Positions 18,097-29,831 of a DNA stretch of 32,000 bases are shown here, one piece after another. The notes beneath the pieces were generated by a model. It was given only the letters and a program-made list of their open reading frames with translations, was not told where the DNA came from and did not search any database. How positions within the stretch are numbered: position 1 is the stretch's first letter; the number at the start of each line of letters is the position of its first letter. Made by a program: the position numbers and the translations under genes. The stretch spans positions 37,937-69,936 of the forward strand of contig MTSL01000107.1 in NCBI GenBank assembly GCA_002794465.1. The letters are read 5' to 3'. The stretch comes from Paramicrosporidium saccamoebae KSL3. Lineage: Eukaryota; Fungi; Cryptomycota.

Positions 18097-18132
18097 CTAA
18101 TAATAAGACGGATGGATGAATGCGAAACGTAC
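18097..18132 (-). other. Putative 36-nt 5'UTR intron of RPP0
   Basis: Minus strand GTACGT...TATTATTAG, ending 46 nt before the ATG, in the same size class as the other introns. Confidence 0.5.
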
Positions 18133-18340
18133 CAACTCCTAGACGGAAACGATGCCGGACCCCCGGCTTCGACCGGCTCAATAAGAGACGGCAAGCCTAA
18201 TGAGCCAATCCGATGTATATCGCGGCATTAGCAAGCAGGCAGGCAGTAAAGATTTCTTATTGAAATCCACATTCGGTATTATTGTTTTCCGGATTTAGCG
18301 GGTCGGCTCACTAGGCATCAGAACATACAATATTGTTTAT

Positions 18341-18973
18341 CTACGATGCTACCCTGCTAACAAGATTTGGCGGCGATGGTTCTGACCGAGAAGAGTTTCG
18401 TATCTTTTCCACAACATACATCAAAGCTTGTCTACTCTTATTCAAGTGTTCGCCAAACCTGCTGACGCCCAGCCCTTCCAGCCTGGATGCCAGTCCAGTC
18501 CACCTCCCCAGTCCACAGTTGAACTTTGCATGTGTTTCGATCAAAGTCCTACAAATGATATTAGTCGTTAACGGCCATTTACCAAGAGTCATCCTCGTGG
18601 CTCCTTGAAAATGTCTGTATCTCCTCAACACTCATGAAACGACGATGAGAAAGGTTGTGCGTGCGTGTCTCCATGGTGCCACTCCTCGGATCCACAATAC
18701 TCAACTCTATCACATACGCCTCCCTTGACTTTAGCAGTGACTGCAGCCATGTAGGAACACCCGAACCTGCCGTTTTTAAGAGCAACCGTATAGAGTGCAG
18801 GCGTCCGTCTGCGTCAACGTGGCGGGAGAGGACGTCAGTGGCAAGGACATGCGAAGCGAGGGGGTTAGGGTATTTTTGAAACAGCGCCATAGTGACAGAT
18901 TCCCAATGATGTCTACGGTAAATTATCAACGACCAAAGTACTCAAATTTCTGGCGATGGGAAAATATCTTCAT
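18341..18973 (-). CDS. PRELI/MSF1-family mitochondrial lipid-transfer protein (Ups1-like), 189 aa. Exons 18973-18942, 18912-18583, 18548-18341.
   Basis: Spliced MKIFSHRQKFEHHWESVTMALFQKYPNP...NLSHRRFMSVEE...WTLIETHAKF...RFGEHLNKSRQALMYVVEKI. GT-AG introns of 29 and 34 nt restore the frame. Confidence 0.9.
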
Positions 18974-19100
18974 CTCCGGACCAAGGTTGAGATATTAAAC
19001 TAATAATATATTTATGTTAATCTTTGACACCATGGGCTAAAATTAACCAAAGCGTTGACCGTTTGATCTATAGATATGCGAAATGCATTTAGAAGCTGTG

Positions 19101-19196
19101 GATGGGTGAGCTTCCTTTTTATTAAAGTATATGGCTTTTTTATAGGTAGCCATTCTTAATATAACCAAGCTGGGCCGGACTCGTCAATAATAAGTG
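19101..19196 (+). repeat. Dispersed repeat module X, young copy
   Basis: Matches the reverse complement of ~30978-31089 with 6 substitutions over ~92 aligned nt, plus a 3-nt insertion and a 20-nt deletion. Confidence 0.9.
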
Positions 19197-19298
19197 GACG
19201 CTGTTTAACGGAAATCACCCACCTACTTGGCCCACAGACACACATATTCTATAGTTTGTTTGATACATCTAGTATGCATGGAGGGCAAACAAGCTGGC

Positions 19299-20276
19299 CT
19301 ACTTTATAAAACTAGAAGGCTTTCTAGGGATGCCAAGATCATAATGTGCATCTTCGCAATAGAATTGATACCAGAGCGTAATGATCGGGATGGTAGCAGC
19401 ATGCCACATTGCATGTGCATCGAAAAAGTACACCTTTGGGGGAAGGTCAAAGACTTCAAAAATACCGGCCGCCATCCCGAGCAAGCATGCCATTAATGAA
19501 TAGATGGCATGAGGCCTTTTCCGTGCTGACAATAGGTGCTTCGCTGACCAAACCAAAAAGGACATGGAGAATGTCAGTCCCGCTGTCAGAGCCACCTTCA
19601 TGTTCCACGAAAAATCAAAATCAATTGCAATCATGTAGTGCACGTGCCATACATAAAACAGAAAGACCGGCACGGCAAGGTACAGCTGTCTCCGCGTAGA
19701 GTACAGATTCAAGGATCGTGTCAGTGCAAGTAGCATAGCGCAAAAGACAATAGCTATAGCGGAGAAATAATCCAAGCATTGCGTTATCCACGTATCACGG
19801 GTGTGAAAGATGGAGGACCAAAACCACCCGTTCAGGGAGATTACATAGTTCAAATAGACGAGATGATGGAGAAACCAATTTGGAGCATTACTGCGCAGCG
19901 AAGCCATGTATATTTTGTTATAGCCGTACCAATGAGCCAATAGATTGCCAACCGACAGAAGCACACTGCCAAACTCCTGGATACCCCACACCCTCCGGAA
20001 GGGCCATTTCCCATAGTATTGATATACGGGCTGCTCTAGCTCCCGGTTAGCTGCCTCGGTAATCCACATGCATCGGTACCGACATTCTGACGTGCAGTCC
20101 CAGCCGAGTAGTCGAAGATGTAGCGGCTGGTCGCTCGTGAATAGCTGATTGTCGCAGTCCTCTGACTGGAGGCATAGCTGGAGGCAGGACTGGAAGGCTT
20201 GTTGGTGATGGCCACGGAGAAGAGCTAAACAGGCTGGAAGCAATAAACTTGACACTAACAAGTAAAGAAATCTCAT
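19299..20276 (-). CDS. PER1: PER1/PGAP3 GPI lipid-remodelling protein
   Basis: Cys-rich N-terminus (WDCTSECRYRCM), QYYGKWPF-R--GIQE--SV, WFWSSIFHTRD, DYFSA, FDLPP...DAHAMWHA. Confidence 0.95.
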   Translation of the reverse strand: MRFLYLLVSSLLLPACLALLRGHHQQAFQSCLQLCLQSEDCDNQLFTSDQPLHLRLLGWDCTSECRYRCMWITEAANRELEQPVYQYYGKWPFRRVWGIQEFGSVLLSVGNLLAHWYGYNKIYMASLRSNAPNWFLHHLVYLNYVISLNGWFWSSIFHTRDTWITQCLDYFSAIAIVFCAMLLALTRSLNLYSTRRQLYLAVPVFLFYVWHVHYMIAIDFDFSWNMKVALTAGLTFSMSFLVWSAKHLLSARKRPHAIYSLMACLLGMAAGIFEVFDLPPKVYFFDAHAMWHAATIPIITLWYQFYCEDAHYDLGIPRKPSSFIK

Positions 20277-20352
20277 TGGTCGATGGTCAAATAATGCTTA
20301 TTATAAAACAGCCGCTCCCATGGTAATTCAAGGCCACAGAGCAGATGAGAGT

Positions 20353-20726
20353 TCATTGATGCAACATTCGGATATCAGTTTTAGATGGTTTAGATCTGAT
20401 AGTTAAAATCACAGTTCCCACCTCAGTGTATAGCGGTTCACTGTATTTAAAGTTCACATGCCCGCGCCGGCTCGCTTTTATTTCCATAGAATCGTCATAC
20501 CATGCCCCGCCCGCGGTAAAATCACACCATTCGATAACCATAAGGAGCTGCCCCTTTTCCACCTATAATTACTTGCTGATGTCAGAGTTACAAAACTATT
20601 GTGTCGGACTTCTAGGTTCATGATGCCCGCGTTTGTGGCCCTGAGGACTTTTCCCTCCCACACGGCTCCATTGGAGATGCTCAGAAAGACTGCCAGAAGA
20701 AAGATTGCATAGGAATGCCGCAACAT
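20353..20726 (-). CDS. Unannotated small secreted protein, 114 aa. Exons 20726-20592 and 20562-20353.
   Basis: A 29-nt GTAACT...TATAG intron joins two track ORFs in frame: MLRHSYAIFLLAVFLSISNGAVWEGKV...HNSF|VEKGQLLMVIEW...RMLHQ*. Confidence 0.6.
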
Positions 20727-21069
20727 GGTCAGATTCATTAAAGACGTAATTCCCCAGACTCGTGCCGAATATTTATTTAAAAATGGGTTATTTGCAATTT
20801 TGCTAGACTTAAAACTGGTAGAATAACAGTCTTGTTCATCATGTGCAATGCTGCTCAATGTCCCGTATTGTCATAGCAACCTCCGCACAGAAGTCCTCTA
20901 TTACACCCATTAAACGAGAGCTGTTTCCACTACGTGGTGGGTTCTTATGTTGTGTAGGAGCAACCAATGCACCGTACAGCACTTCTTCTTTAAACAAGAG
21001 TTGTCCCCCTTCACATATCACTCTGCAAGTTTACTTATGAGAGACGACCAGGGGTGAAAGAGTCCCGAC

Positions 21070-24000
21070 ATGGCCTTTCGGAAGAAACCTCGGCCAACAA
21101 GTGTGCGGGGCAAGTGCCACCAACCAAAGGGCCGCCAAACGGTCACAAAGAACCGCTTCAGAGTATGTTAAATCTTCAGATGCATCTAACTGCTGTAGTT
21201 TCGTAACTTTGGAGCCCAGATCGATGCCATCTCATTTGATACAGTACAGAGATATGGCACAGCCAGAGGAACCACACCCGGTTCGCGACTAGCCACACCC
21301 TCGGATGGAGAATCATGGTTTGCACAGTGTCTAGCAGAATGGCGGGAGCTAAACTGCACCTCGACGTTTGCAAAATTTGTCTCAGAGGTCTGGAGTTTGT
21401 GCGGTTCGTTACCCCAACTGCTTTTTCATCGTGATGAGGTGGTAAGACTGCTGGTTGAATATATGGCGGTCAGTGACGATGCAGCTGCTCCCTTGTCTGC
21501 ACTCACTGCGTCTCTCGTCAGAGACCTTGGTGAAGAGGCTAGTCCCTTCTTTGGCAGTCTTTTTTCGGGTTTTGTAACAATGCTGGGAAGTGCTAAGAAT
21601 GCCGAGTCTATCGAGGTTGTCCTGGGATCGTTATTTTATTTTGTCAAAACTCTGTCGCCAGAGGTTGATCCCGTCATAATCCTACAGCATTTGATGGATT
21701 CGATGCTGCTAAAGCTGAGGCCGCAAGTACAAGACTTTTTGGCTGAATTTGCTATTTACGTCTTGAACAAGTCGTACGACAGGGAGCTTATTTGTCTGCT
21801 TCTTGAAAGGCTCACGTCACGGGGGGACCTCTGTGCCTGCATACTTGCAGGAGTTGCGCTAAAAAGTGACGCTCGATTTGCAGAAATTATTGAGCTGGTC
21901 CAGGACAAGGATCTGCTGAGGCTCTGTATGGAAAGCATGGTTGTCCGTTCTGATGCCACAACTGCCTGTGGGAAGATTGCAAAATGTCTCAAAACTATGG
22001 GCACAAGCGTTCCCTTTATTGAAGCATTCGCTCTGATGGCTGCAAATGGACGACTTGTTTCCGACCATGCCGCTCTGCTCGACGCTTTTGAAACATTACC
22101 ACCGTCAGAAAGAGTCCAGGATGCCGTAGTTGCCACTGTCAAATTATGTAATCTCCAAGTTGTACTTTGCCACCGCGCCTTTTTACAACGTCTGCTTTGT
22201 AACCCGCGAGGAGTTTGTCAGACCTGCCTTCATTGTCCCCACTATGTCGAGCTCATTATGGGAGTCACTGCGGCAATGGATCTTGTTGTTCAGCAAATCT
22301 TTCCAGCTGACGCCGAGCTTGGGCTATCTCTGATGAAGAAATTACTGGAACTGAACGCATCGGCAGTTTCAAAAGTGCCAGTCGATAGTCTCGAAACGCT
22401 ACTCGGCCACCAGAGCCCCGAACTGACCATTGCAGTCCTGAAACTTTTAAGCAACATTCCGAGCGTGACGAAACTTGATTGGATAAATGAACAAGTTAGT
22501 CGACAGAAATCCTACTCAAACACGTCACAGTGGATAACTGTTTTGTATGAAGGACGGCGATTCATCACTTGCGACCTCAGTGTCCTTGTTTCTAGTCTGG
22601 AAAATGTTCATGTCTTGGATATTCTGAAAGCGTCAAGTCAACTCTTTGATGAGCAGAGCCTTGTAAAGCTATTAGTGTCATCGGATGCACGACGCCGCCT
22701 TTCAGTGCTTCAGCTGCTGTCGAGGACCGCTCTAAACGAATCGGCACTATTTAGAGCCTGTCTAGCTTTGGAGAACATCCCCTGGACCTTTAACTGCGAT
22801 CGTGAAAAGGGTCTACAGTTGCAAGTCATTGGTAATTTGATCAAAAAGATTCCAGCTACGACTAGTTTGGAGGTGGAAATAGTGGTGCGGTATCTATTGG
22901 GTGTTTTGCTTGCAGGCTTCCAACCACTCAAGAAGGAGCTGTATGCCACCCTGTCAATTGTCGTGGAGCAACAAGTCAAAGTTTCACATAAAGTCTGTAG
23001 CGATTTGATTCAGACGTTGCAGATTTATCAACCCACCGAAGCGCCGTCTTTGGAGCATGAGCTTGCTGACACCCCCATGTTTAGTGTTAATAGTTTTACC
23101 CCGCTGCTTGGTTTCTTTGCTCACAAACCTGCCTCTTGCGAGTTGATCGGGAAAGAAATTATTCCCTTGATTCATTACATCTTTTGTCACGGACCAGCTG
23201 TAAAAGAAACTTCAGCCTGGTTTCGGACACAGCTTCAAGGTGGACTTGCTGATCTCATAACTGCCACCAGCGGTCTGCGCTCTGTAAAATGCGATGCAGC
23301 AACACCGCTTGAAGAATTCCTGTTCCAATTCTTGGCGTTTGGTGATTCGACGATCCAGCGACGCGCCCTTGACAGTATCCTCGCTCTTGGTTTTGCTCAG
23401 GTTGGATTATATGGGGACCGTTTGAGGAGGCTCCTCGATGACGTTGAGATGCGCGACGAACTAGTTCTGTTGGCCACTGAAAAACCCGACGACCATGTTT
23501 GGAATAGTCTTGCGGGCCTGCTGAACCGAATTTTGTATGGGAGGATTATCTCCAAGAAAGGCACTGCGGCTGGACGGAATTCCATGAGCAGTCGAAGGAA
23601 GCTGATTCTTAATTACATTGCATGCTGGGATGTCGTCTCGCTGGACAAGTTTGTACTATTCATTGGGGAGCAATCTGAGCTAAACTTGTTGAACTCGCAA
23701 ACCCCATCCGAGGTTCAACTGGACAAATGGATTGGTTTCCTAAATCTCTTACAGACGATACTATTAAAGGTTGGCAAAAAAGTTAGCCAGTCCACAGTGG
23801 ATACTATTATGAGTTGGTTCCAGGCCCTGCATGCTGTTGCTGAAGAGGTAGAGGAGAAACATCAGGAAATGGAAAAGCACCCAGAGACAGAGAGACACCG
23901 AAAGATGGAAAAGTTTAAGAAAATTCATCGTCTCACGTTGAAGCGACTGAGAGACGTGTTCATGATCGCTTCTGTCGGAATAGACTTGGAAAAATGGTTT

Positions 24001-27000
24001 GCCACCTCTTGGCAAATGGTTGCCACTCGAGTCTCCAACTTGGAACGCGAGTTTGTCCAAGAATCGTCTGCATTGTTGGATCTCCTACATTGGTGGGTGA
24101 GTGAACAAAGATTCAGATGCATCGCCCTGGACTTGGGCCGTGAAATGTGGCCACGATTGGTAGCAGCGTTGGGAGGAAAGGCACGTGAATCTGTGCTTGG
24201 ACGCATTATCGACATTTGGATGTTGCTTCTCAAAATGGTTGCCGAGAAGGATCAGGAAGCCCGAAACATTCTGATGCCTTTGGTTGGTGGTCTATGTGAG
24301 GCCCTAGACAAGAGGGTCGCCACCAGCGGTGCCCTAACTGATCGAGTGATTGTTTTGCTCCTCGAACTGTCTCAATACATTGAGCAAGAGGAACACAAAC
24401 GCCCCATCATCTCTTCAATGGTCACTCTATTGTCTGCAAAGTCGAGAAATGAACAGGGAAAGATTAAAATGCTACAATTGGCAGCAAAACTCCATGTTCC
24501 CGATCTGCAACAACAAGTTTACCGGGTCGCCTGCGAACAACTTGGACAGCTGCGTGAACGTGAGTCGCGTGCTGCTCTGGCTACCCTTTTCCAACGACTC
24601 GCTCAGGATGATGCGCAACTCGTGCTGTTTGCCCACGTGTTGGCAGATTTGCATGCGCCATCCAAGGAACGACTTGGTGAGTACGACTATGAGCGGCAGA
24701 CAAACGGTTTTAGTCGACTTCGAGAGGCAGCTTCTAGTCAAAATCAGTTCCAATGGATCCCCGTTTTGAATGCCATGATCTATTTCTGCACTGACGATGA
24801 AGACACTGCTGCTCGTACTCTTGCCTTCACTGTAATCACTTTGTTTGTTCAACGTGTGAGCAATGAAGGTGGTGATTGGATAGAGTTGCTGATGACGCAG
24901 CTTTATCCCGCATTGCGACGAGGCTTGGCCCACAAATCCGAATCGGTTCGAGTGGATTTTGTCAATTTGTTGAATACGCTGGTGGAAAAGTTCCGCATAG
25001 TCGAGCCCTTTAGCGAGCTTACGTCACTATTGGCTGATGGCAATGAAGACGCAAATGTACTGCACAATTTGCTGCATCTTCAACAACATCGTCGGGCCCG
25101 TGCTCTCAAGAGGCTGACAGAGTTTGCAAACAATTCTTCCACTCTTGGAAGGAGAGTGATAGACGATCTTTTGGTTCCCATCCTCCGTCATTTTGTAATG
25201 AGTGATCCTACCAGTCGCGATCCAGTGCCGCCACTGATTGTCCACGATGCCACTTTGGCCATGGCAGCCTTATATGCCCATCTGCCTGTCAAGATTGCCA
25301 TCACAAGAGTTGATCGACTTGCTGCCCTAATTGCCAAGGGAACACCTTGCGAAAAGGCGCTCCTGCGACTAATCCCTGCCACTTGTGCATATCTGAAGGA
25401 TGTGGACGCGGATCAAGGAACACGACTAATCAGCACTCTGTTCAATCTTTTGATGAACCAAAAGTCCGAAGTGGTGCGGGCTCCAATCGCCATTTCAATG
25501 GCCGAGTTATTTAATCGCGTTCCCTCCCAGCTTCCCGTCTATCTGCCAAAGATTGTCATGTCGCTAGGAGTGATGCTTGGCCACAAGCACTCTGAAAAGC
25601 GGGAGGAGGCTCGCGAAACTCTCAAGAATGTGGCTGAAAGGCTCGGCCCAGACCATTTACCTTTTATTGTAAAGGAGCTCAAGAGTTGTCTTTCGTCCGG
25701 CTATCTGCCACACTTGCTTGCATACACTATCAATTGTCTCCTGGTGAAGATGAGTTGCAATCTGGACAATATTTGCACCGACGTCACTTCCATAATTGTG
25801 AGGGACATTTTTGGAGAACGCGCAAAGGAAAAGACTATGACAGAGTGGACGGGAAAGATGGTAGAAGTCAAGGCCCAGAAGAGCTACGAAACGCTCTCTA
25901 TTCTGATGGCAGGAATCTCCACTGGACGGATTCTGTCAGTATTAGAGGCACTTCGAGATGCAGCTGGAAAGACGGAAAGTGCCGATTGGGTGGAAAAGGC
26001 TTGCAAGGCCATGGAAGATGGACTAATGAAGAGAGATGATACCACAACCGAATATTATGCAGTAATATACGCCATATTGGATGGCAATTCGCAATTCTAC
26101 GACGTTGCCGGGAAACATTGGGCGCTGCATTCCAGTCGGTTCCAACTTAGTGGGGCCCGAGTGCTCTGCCACGTGCAGAAACAGGCCAAGATGACGCCCA
26201 GTCTACTTAAACAATTCGTTCCACATCTAACTGCCGTCATCTTTTCGGGACGGTCCAATGCTCTCATGACTGCCGCCATTAAAACACTCTCATCAGCCGT
26301 CAGTCTCTCTGTTTTGGAGGAGGAAATACTACAAAAGCTGCTGATCCGACTCTTTGAGGTAATCCTAAAGACTGATGCCAATCGTCATGTGGAACTCGTC
26401 AATGCCACCTTTAAGCTCATTTGCACTCTGGTACGGGAACGTGACGATGTGCAGCTGGAGGAGACGCAGCTAAGGGCGCTGTTAGAGTATATTCGCAGTA
26501 ACTTGGAGAATGAGACGAATGCGCCCATTGCGTATACACTGATCAAGGCTATTCTCCGTCGTCGAGTAGTGTTGGTGGAGGTTTATGAACTGATGAGTGT
26601 GCTTAGTCGCACAATGTTGCGCTCCTTCCATCCATCGACACGACAGCAATGTCGAGCTGTCGTTTTGACCTTCCTCCTGGACTATCCAATGGCAAGACCG
26701 AAACTGGATGGATATCTGTCCTTCTTCCCCGCTAATCTGGCCTATGAAGGTGATAGTGGACGCGAGTCAGTGGCATTGTTCCTTGCGAGTTTGGCAGACA
26801 GGATCCCGACCGAGCTGGTCCAAGAGATGGCTGAGACTTGGTTGGTAGCCTTGGCGGCTCGACTTGTCAACGAACGTAATCAACAAGTCATTCTTGCCGT
26901 CAGTAGCGCCATCAAAAGCATTGTCCGCAGACTGGAAACCCGCTTACTCCACAGACTCTCCTTGTTACTGGGCAAATGGTTGGGACACTCTTCAGAGACA

Positions 27001-27828
27001 GTCCAGACTACCGGTTGGGCCTTGGCTCCTCTGGTGATTCGGCATGCCACTGGATCAGTGACCGGTCTTGTCAATCAGCTCGTTGAGTTTATTGACATCA
27101 ATCCCACAAAAGAAATGCTTGTCACATTGACTGCCATCATAGTCTCCAGTCCCACCATGGCTGCATGTGACAAGACAGTCTCCCTCATGTCAGTGGAACT
27201 TTGTGCTGATCGACGGGTGCAAAGGAATCAGCTGATTGGGGAGTATTTCGCTCAGATTGGCAATTCCAGAGATGCCATAACGGGCCATTTATTGTCTATG
27301 AATTTGTTGGCAGAATGGCCACGGGTCTGGCTAAAGGAATTGCAGCAGAGTCGCAATGTCACTGACACGGAGCAAATTATCAAGAATCTGCTGTTTGTTG
27401 CCCGACAACTGGCAGATAATCCCCTACAAGAGGGACGCTTTGCCACTGTTCTGGATTTGGTTGCCAAGATGGAAAAGATTTATCGTCAACTTCCCACTGG
27501 ATCAGTGCCTCACTTTTCAGCATCGATTCTAAAATTCTACGCTGCCCTAATCATGACTGTCCCCATTACTGCGGTCCTTGCCAAGCCCATCATATCGGCT
27601 GGTCTACGGATCCTTGATGATCCACGAGGCGACTCGCCCATGGCCCACCAAGTGCTTGATTTGCTTGCCGGACGGATAAAAGATTTTGATGATCTAAAGG
27701 TAGAGGTGCTGAGGACACTTGACGAGAAACGTCGCAAACGAAAGGTAGATGAGAAACAATTGGCAGTAGTTGATCCTCGTGCATATAGCAAGAGACGCTT
27801 ACAACGTGCTCGCAAGAATAGACATTAA
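21070..27828 (+). CDS. UTP20: U3 snoRNP/SSU processome protein Utp20, ~2240 aa. Exons 21070-21162 and 21199-27828.
   Basis: A 36-nt intron GTATGT...CTAAC...TAG gives NRFR|FRNFGAQID...EWRELNCTSTF..SLPQLLFHRDEVV. Also ENYDYE-type (GEYDYERQ), NVLHNLLHLQQHRRARAL and YEGDSGRES motifs, and a basic C-terminus. Confidence 0.92.
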
Positions 27829-27886
27829 TAAACTCGAGTTGAAGCTGTAGTTAGAGCTGAATCCTGATCCAGTAGCTATACTCTAA

Positions 27887-27920
27887 TAGCTATCATGGCT
27901 ATCATAGCTATCATAGCTAT
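27887..27920. repeat. 9-bp tandem repeat (TAGCTATCA) x ~3.8
   Basis: tagctatca tggctatca tagctatca tagctat between the convergent UTP20 and RPS30 ends. Confidence 0.85.
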
Positions 27921-27993
27921 GTAATCCGAGCCTTGGGAGTAGAGACCCAAAGCTGAAATTCCATAAACATGTATGTGACTTTATTGATCCACC

Positions 27994-28259
27994 TTACTTG
28001 GCAACATTCTGCGGGTTCATCTATACAGTTAATACACTTAAAATTAGGAATACTCCACGCTTGGCGCCGAAGCCAACAACAGCAGTGACGAAACGACGGT
28101 TGTACTGGATGCGCTTCTTGGCACGACCAGTCTTCTTCTTCTTCTTCTCCATAGGAGCCACCTTGGGGGTCTGGTTGCGGACCTTTCCGGCGTGCGCGAG
28201 AGAGCCGTGCTGTTTACCCTACCAGGTTAGATGGATGGATGGGAGGTGGGAGGTACCAT
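27994..28259 (-). CDS. RPS30: 40S ribosomal protein S30 (eS30), 64 aa, no ubiquitin-like fusion. Exons 28259-28257, 28218-28054, 28020-27994.
   Basis: M|[55 protein letters not shown]|MNPQNVAK*. Introns of 38 nt (with CTAAC) and 33 nt. Missed by the ORF track. Confidence 0.95.
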
Positions 28260-28415
28260 TTGTGTGGTAGAGTGTGGCCGGGGTACTGGGATCGTTATTG
28301 TCACGTCACCAAGGTGTTGTTGACATTTGACTCCAAAGTCATCATCATTGCAACAGAATCAACAATGTAGAACGATTCGAGTGCATTATAGGCTTATAAA
28401 GGATCCTGATATATT

Positions 28416-29717
28416 ATGGATTTGCTATCCGCTGCACCAACTACCCTAAAACCCAATAGTCCGAATGCCCTGGCAACTCTTGTAAGCATGACCGATAAAC
28501 TCACTGTGCCCACTCCAAAGAGCCGACGCTCAATTAGCGGTCCTTTATCAACCTCTTTTGAGCTTCGAGAAATGCCACTCCCCTCGGCCACTGCGGCACC
28601 GGTCCCAATCAAGGCAATCCTGCATGACGACCCCAAGAAGCGCAAATCTTCCAAAAAGGAGGGAATCAAGTCGGTGGCCCTGTTTTCGCACCTGTCGCAG
28701 TATGCAGAGGGGGTTCGGACGGCCAGCAACATACACCCAGCAGTGGTCAAGTTTGCCCTGAGGTCGGCACAGTACTCCAACTTGGGAGGCAGTCGTCGTT
28801 GTCGGGAAATGCTGTTGGCCCTAAAGGAGGCCATTAAAGACTACCGGATGAACCCGGAGATGGCAGTGTGTCGGCACTTGGACCTGTACTTGAAGCCAAT
28901 GATCGGGTACATGGTTGATGCGCGTCCCATGGCCGTCACCATGGCCAATGCAGTACGCACTCTCCGTCACAACATTTCCATTCTGCCCGTGGAGACGGCC
29001 GAACATGAGGCGCAGCAGACGGTGCAGGAATTCATTGACAATATCATCACCAACCGATTGGACCTTGCCGGACAGCTGATTGTCCACCATGGCCTCTGCA
29101 AAATTGCCGACGGAGACGTAATTCTGACGTACGCACGGTCAGTGGTGGTACGCAACTTGCTGGTTGCAGCCCACGAGGCGGGTCGAAAGTTTAAAGTTAT
29201 TGTCGTTGATGCGCGTCCATTTAAGGAAGGCCGCATTTTGCTGGGGGAGCTGGTTGCCTCGGGACTGCATTGCACCTATGTGCATGTCAATGCCATTGGG
29301 TATATGATGCGGGAGGTGACTAAAACAATTGTTGGTGCCGCTGCGCTCTATGCTAACGGCACCGTGCTGAGTCGTGTTGGCACAGCTGCCGTGTGCACCC
29401 TCAGTCGCCAACACAACGTCCCCGTCATTGTCTGCTGCGAGACGTTAAAGTTTTCTGAACGTTCGCAAATTGACTCGTTTGTTTACAACGAGATTGGGGA
29501 TCCTGACGCGCTGGTGCGCACCCACCATCCTGCATCAAAGGTGACATTGTCGGCTTGGCGAGATGTGGAGCCATTAAAGTTGTTGAATATATTGTATGAC
29601 GTGACGCCAGCTGAATATGTGACAGTGGTGATCACAGAGATTGGTCTGATACCGGTGACTTCGATTCCAGTAGTATTACGAGAGTATAGTACCAACAGTC
29701 ACTCTGTTGTGAATTAG
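28416..29717 (+). CDS. GCD2: Translation initiation factor eIF2B subunit delta
   Basis: VALFSHL-QY, IHPAV, GGSRRCREML, RPMAVTMANA, DGDVILTY, VVDARPFKEG, VCCETLKFSERSQID-FV-NE, YDVTP. Confidence 0.95.
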   Translation: MDLLSAAPTTLKPNSPNALATLVSMTDKLTVPTPKSRRSISGPLSTSFELREMPLPSATAAPVPIKAILHDDPKKRKSSKKEGIKSVALFSHLSQYAEGVRTASNIHPAVVKFALRSAQYSNLGGSRRCREMLLALKEAIKDYRMNPEMAVCRHLDLYLKPMIGYMVDARPMAVTMANAVRTLRHNISILPVETAEHEAQQTVQEFIDNIITNRLDLAGQLIVHHGLCKIADGDVILTYARSVVVRNLLVAAHEAGRKFKVIVVDARPFKEGRILLGELVASGLHCTYVHVNAIGYMMREVTKTIVGAAALYANGTVLSRVGTAAVCTLSRQHNVPVIVCCETLKFSERSQIDSFVYNEIGDPDALVRTHHPASKVTLSAWRDVEPLKLLNILYDVTPAEYVTVVITEIGLIPVTSIPVVLREYSTNSHSVVN

Positions 29718-29831
29718 ATAAAAACCTGTAGTATGTGCTTAGTGTGATTGTTGTAGATGATATGCGGATGGTGCGGGTAGTTTGGGCAGCTAGTCTTGAT
29801 CAATACATTTCGCAAAATAAATACCTCGTAC

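Noticed and set aside
547-29695. Numerous short ORFs nested in or antisense to the long genes
   Set aside because: They overlap well-supported CDSs in other frames and lack motifs, except those re-used as exons above.
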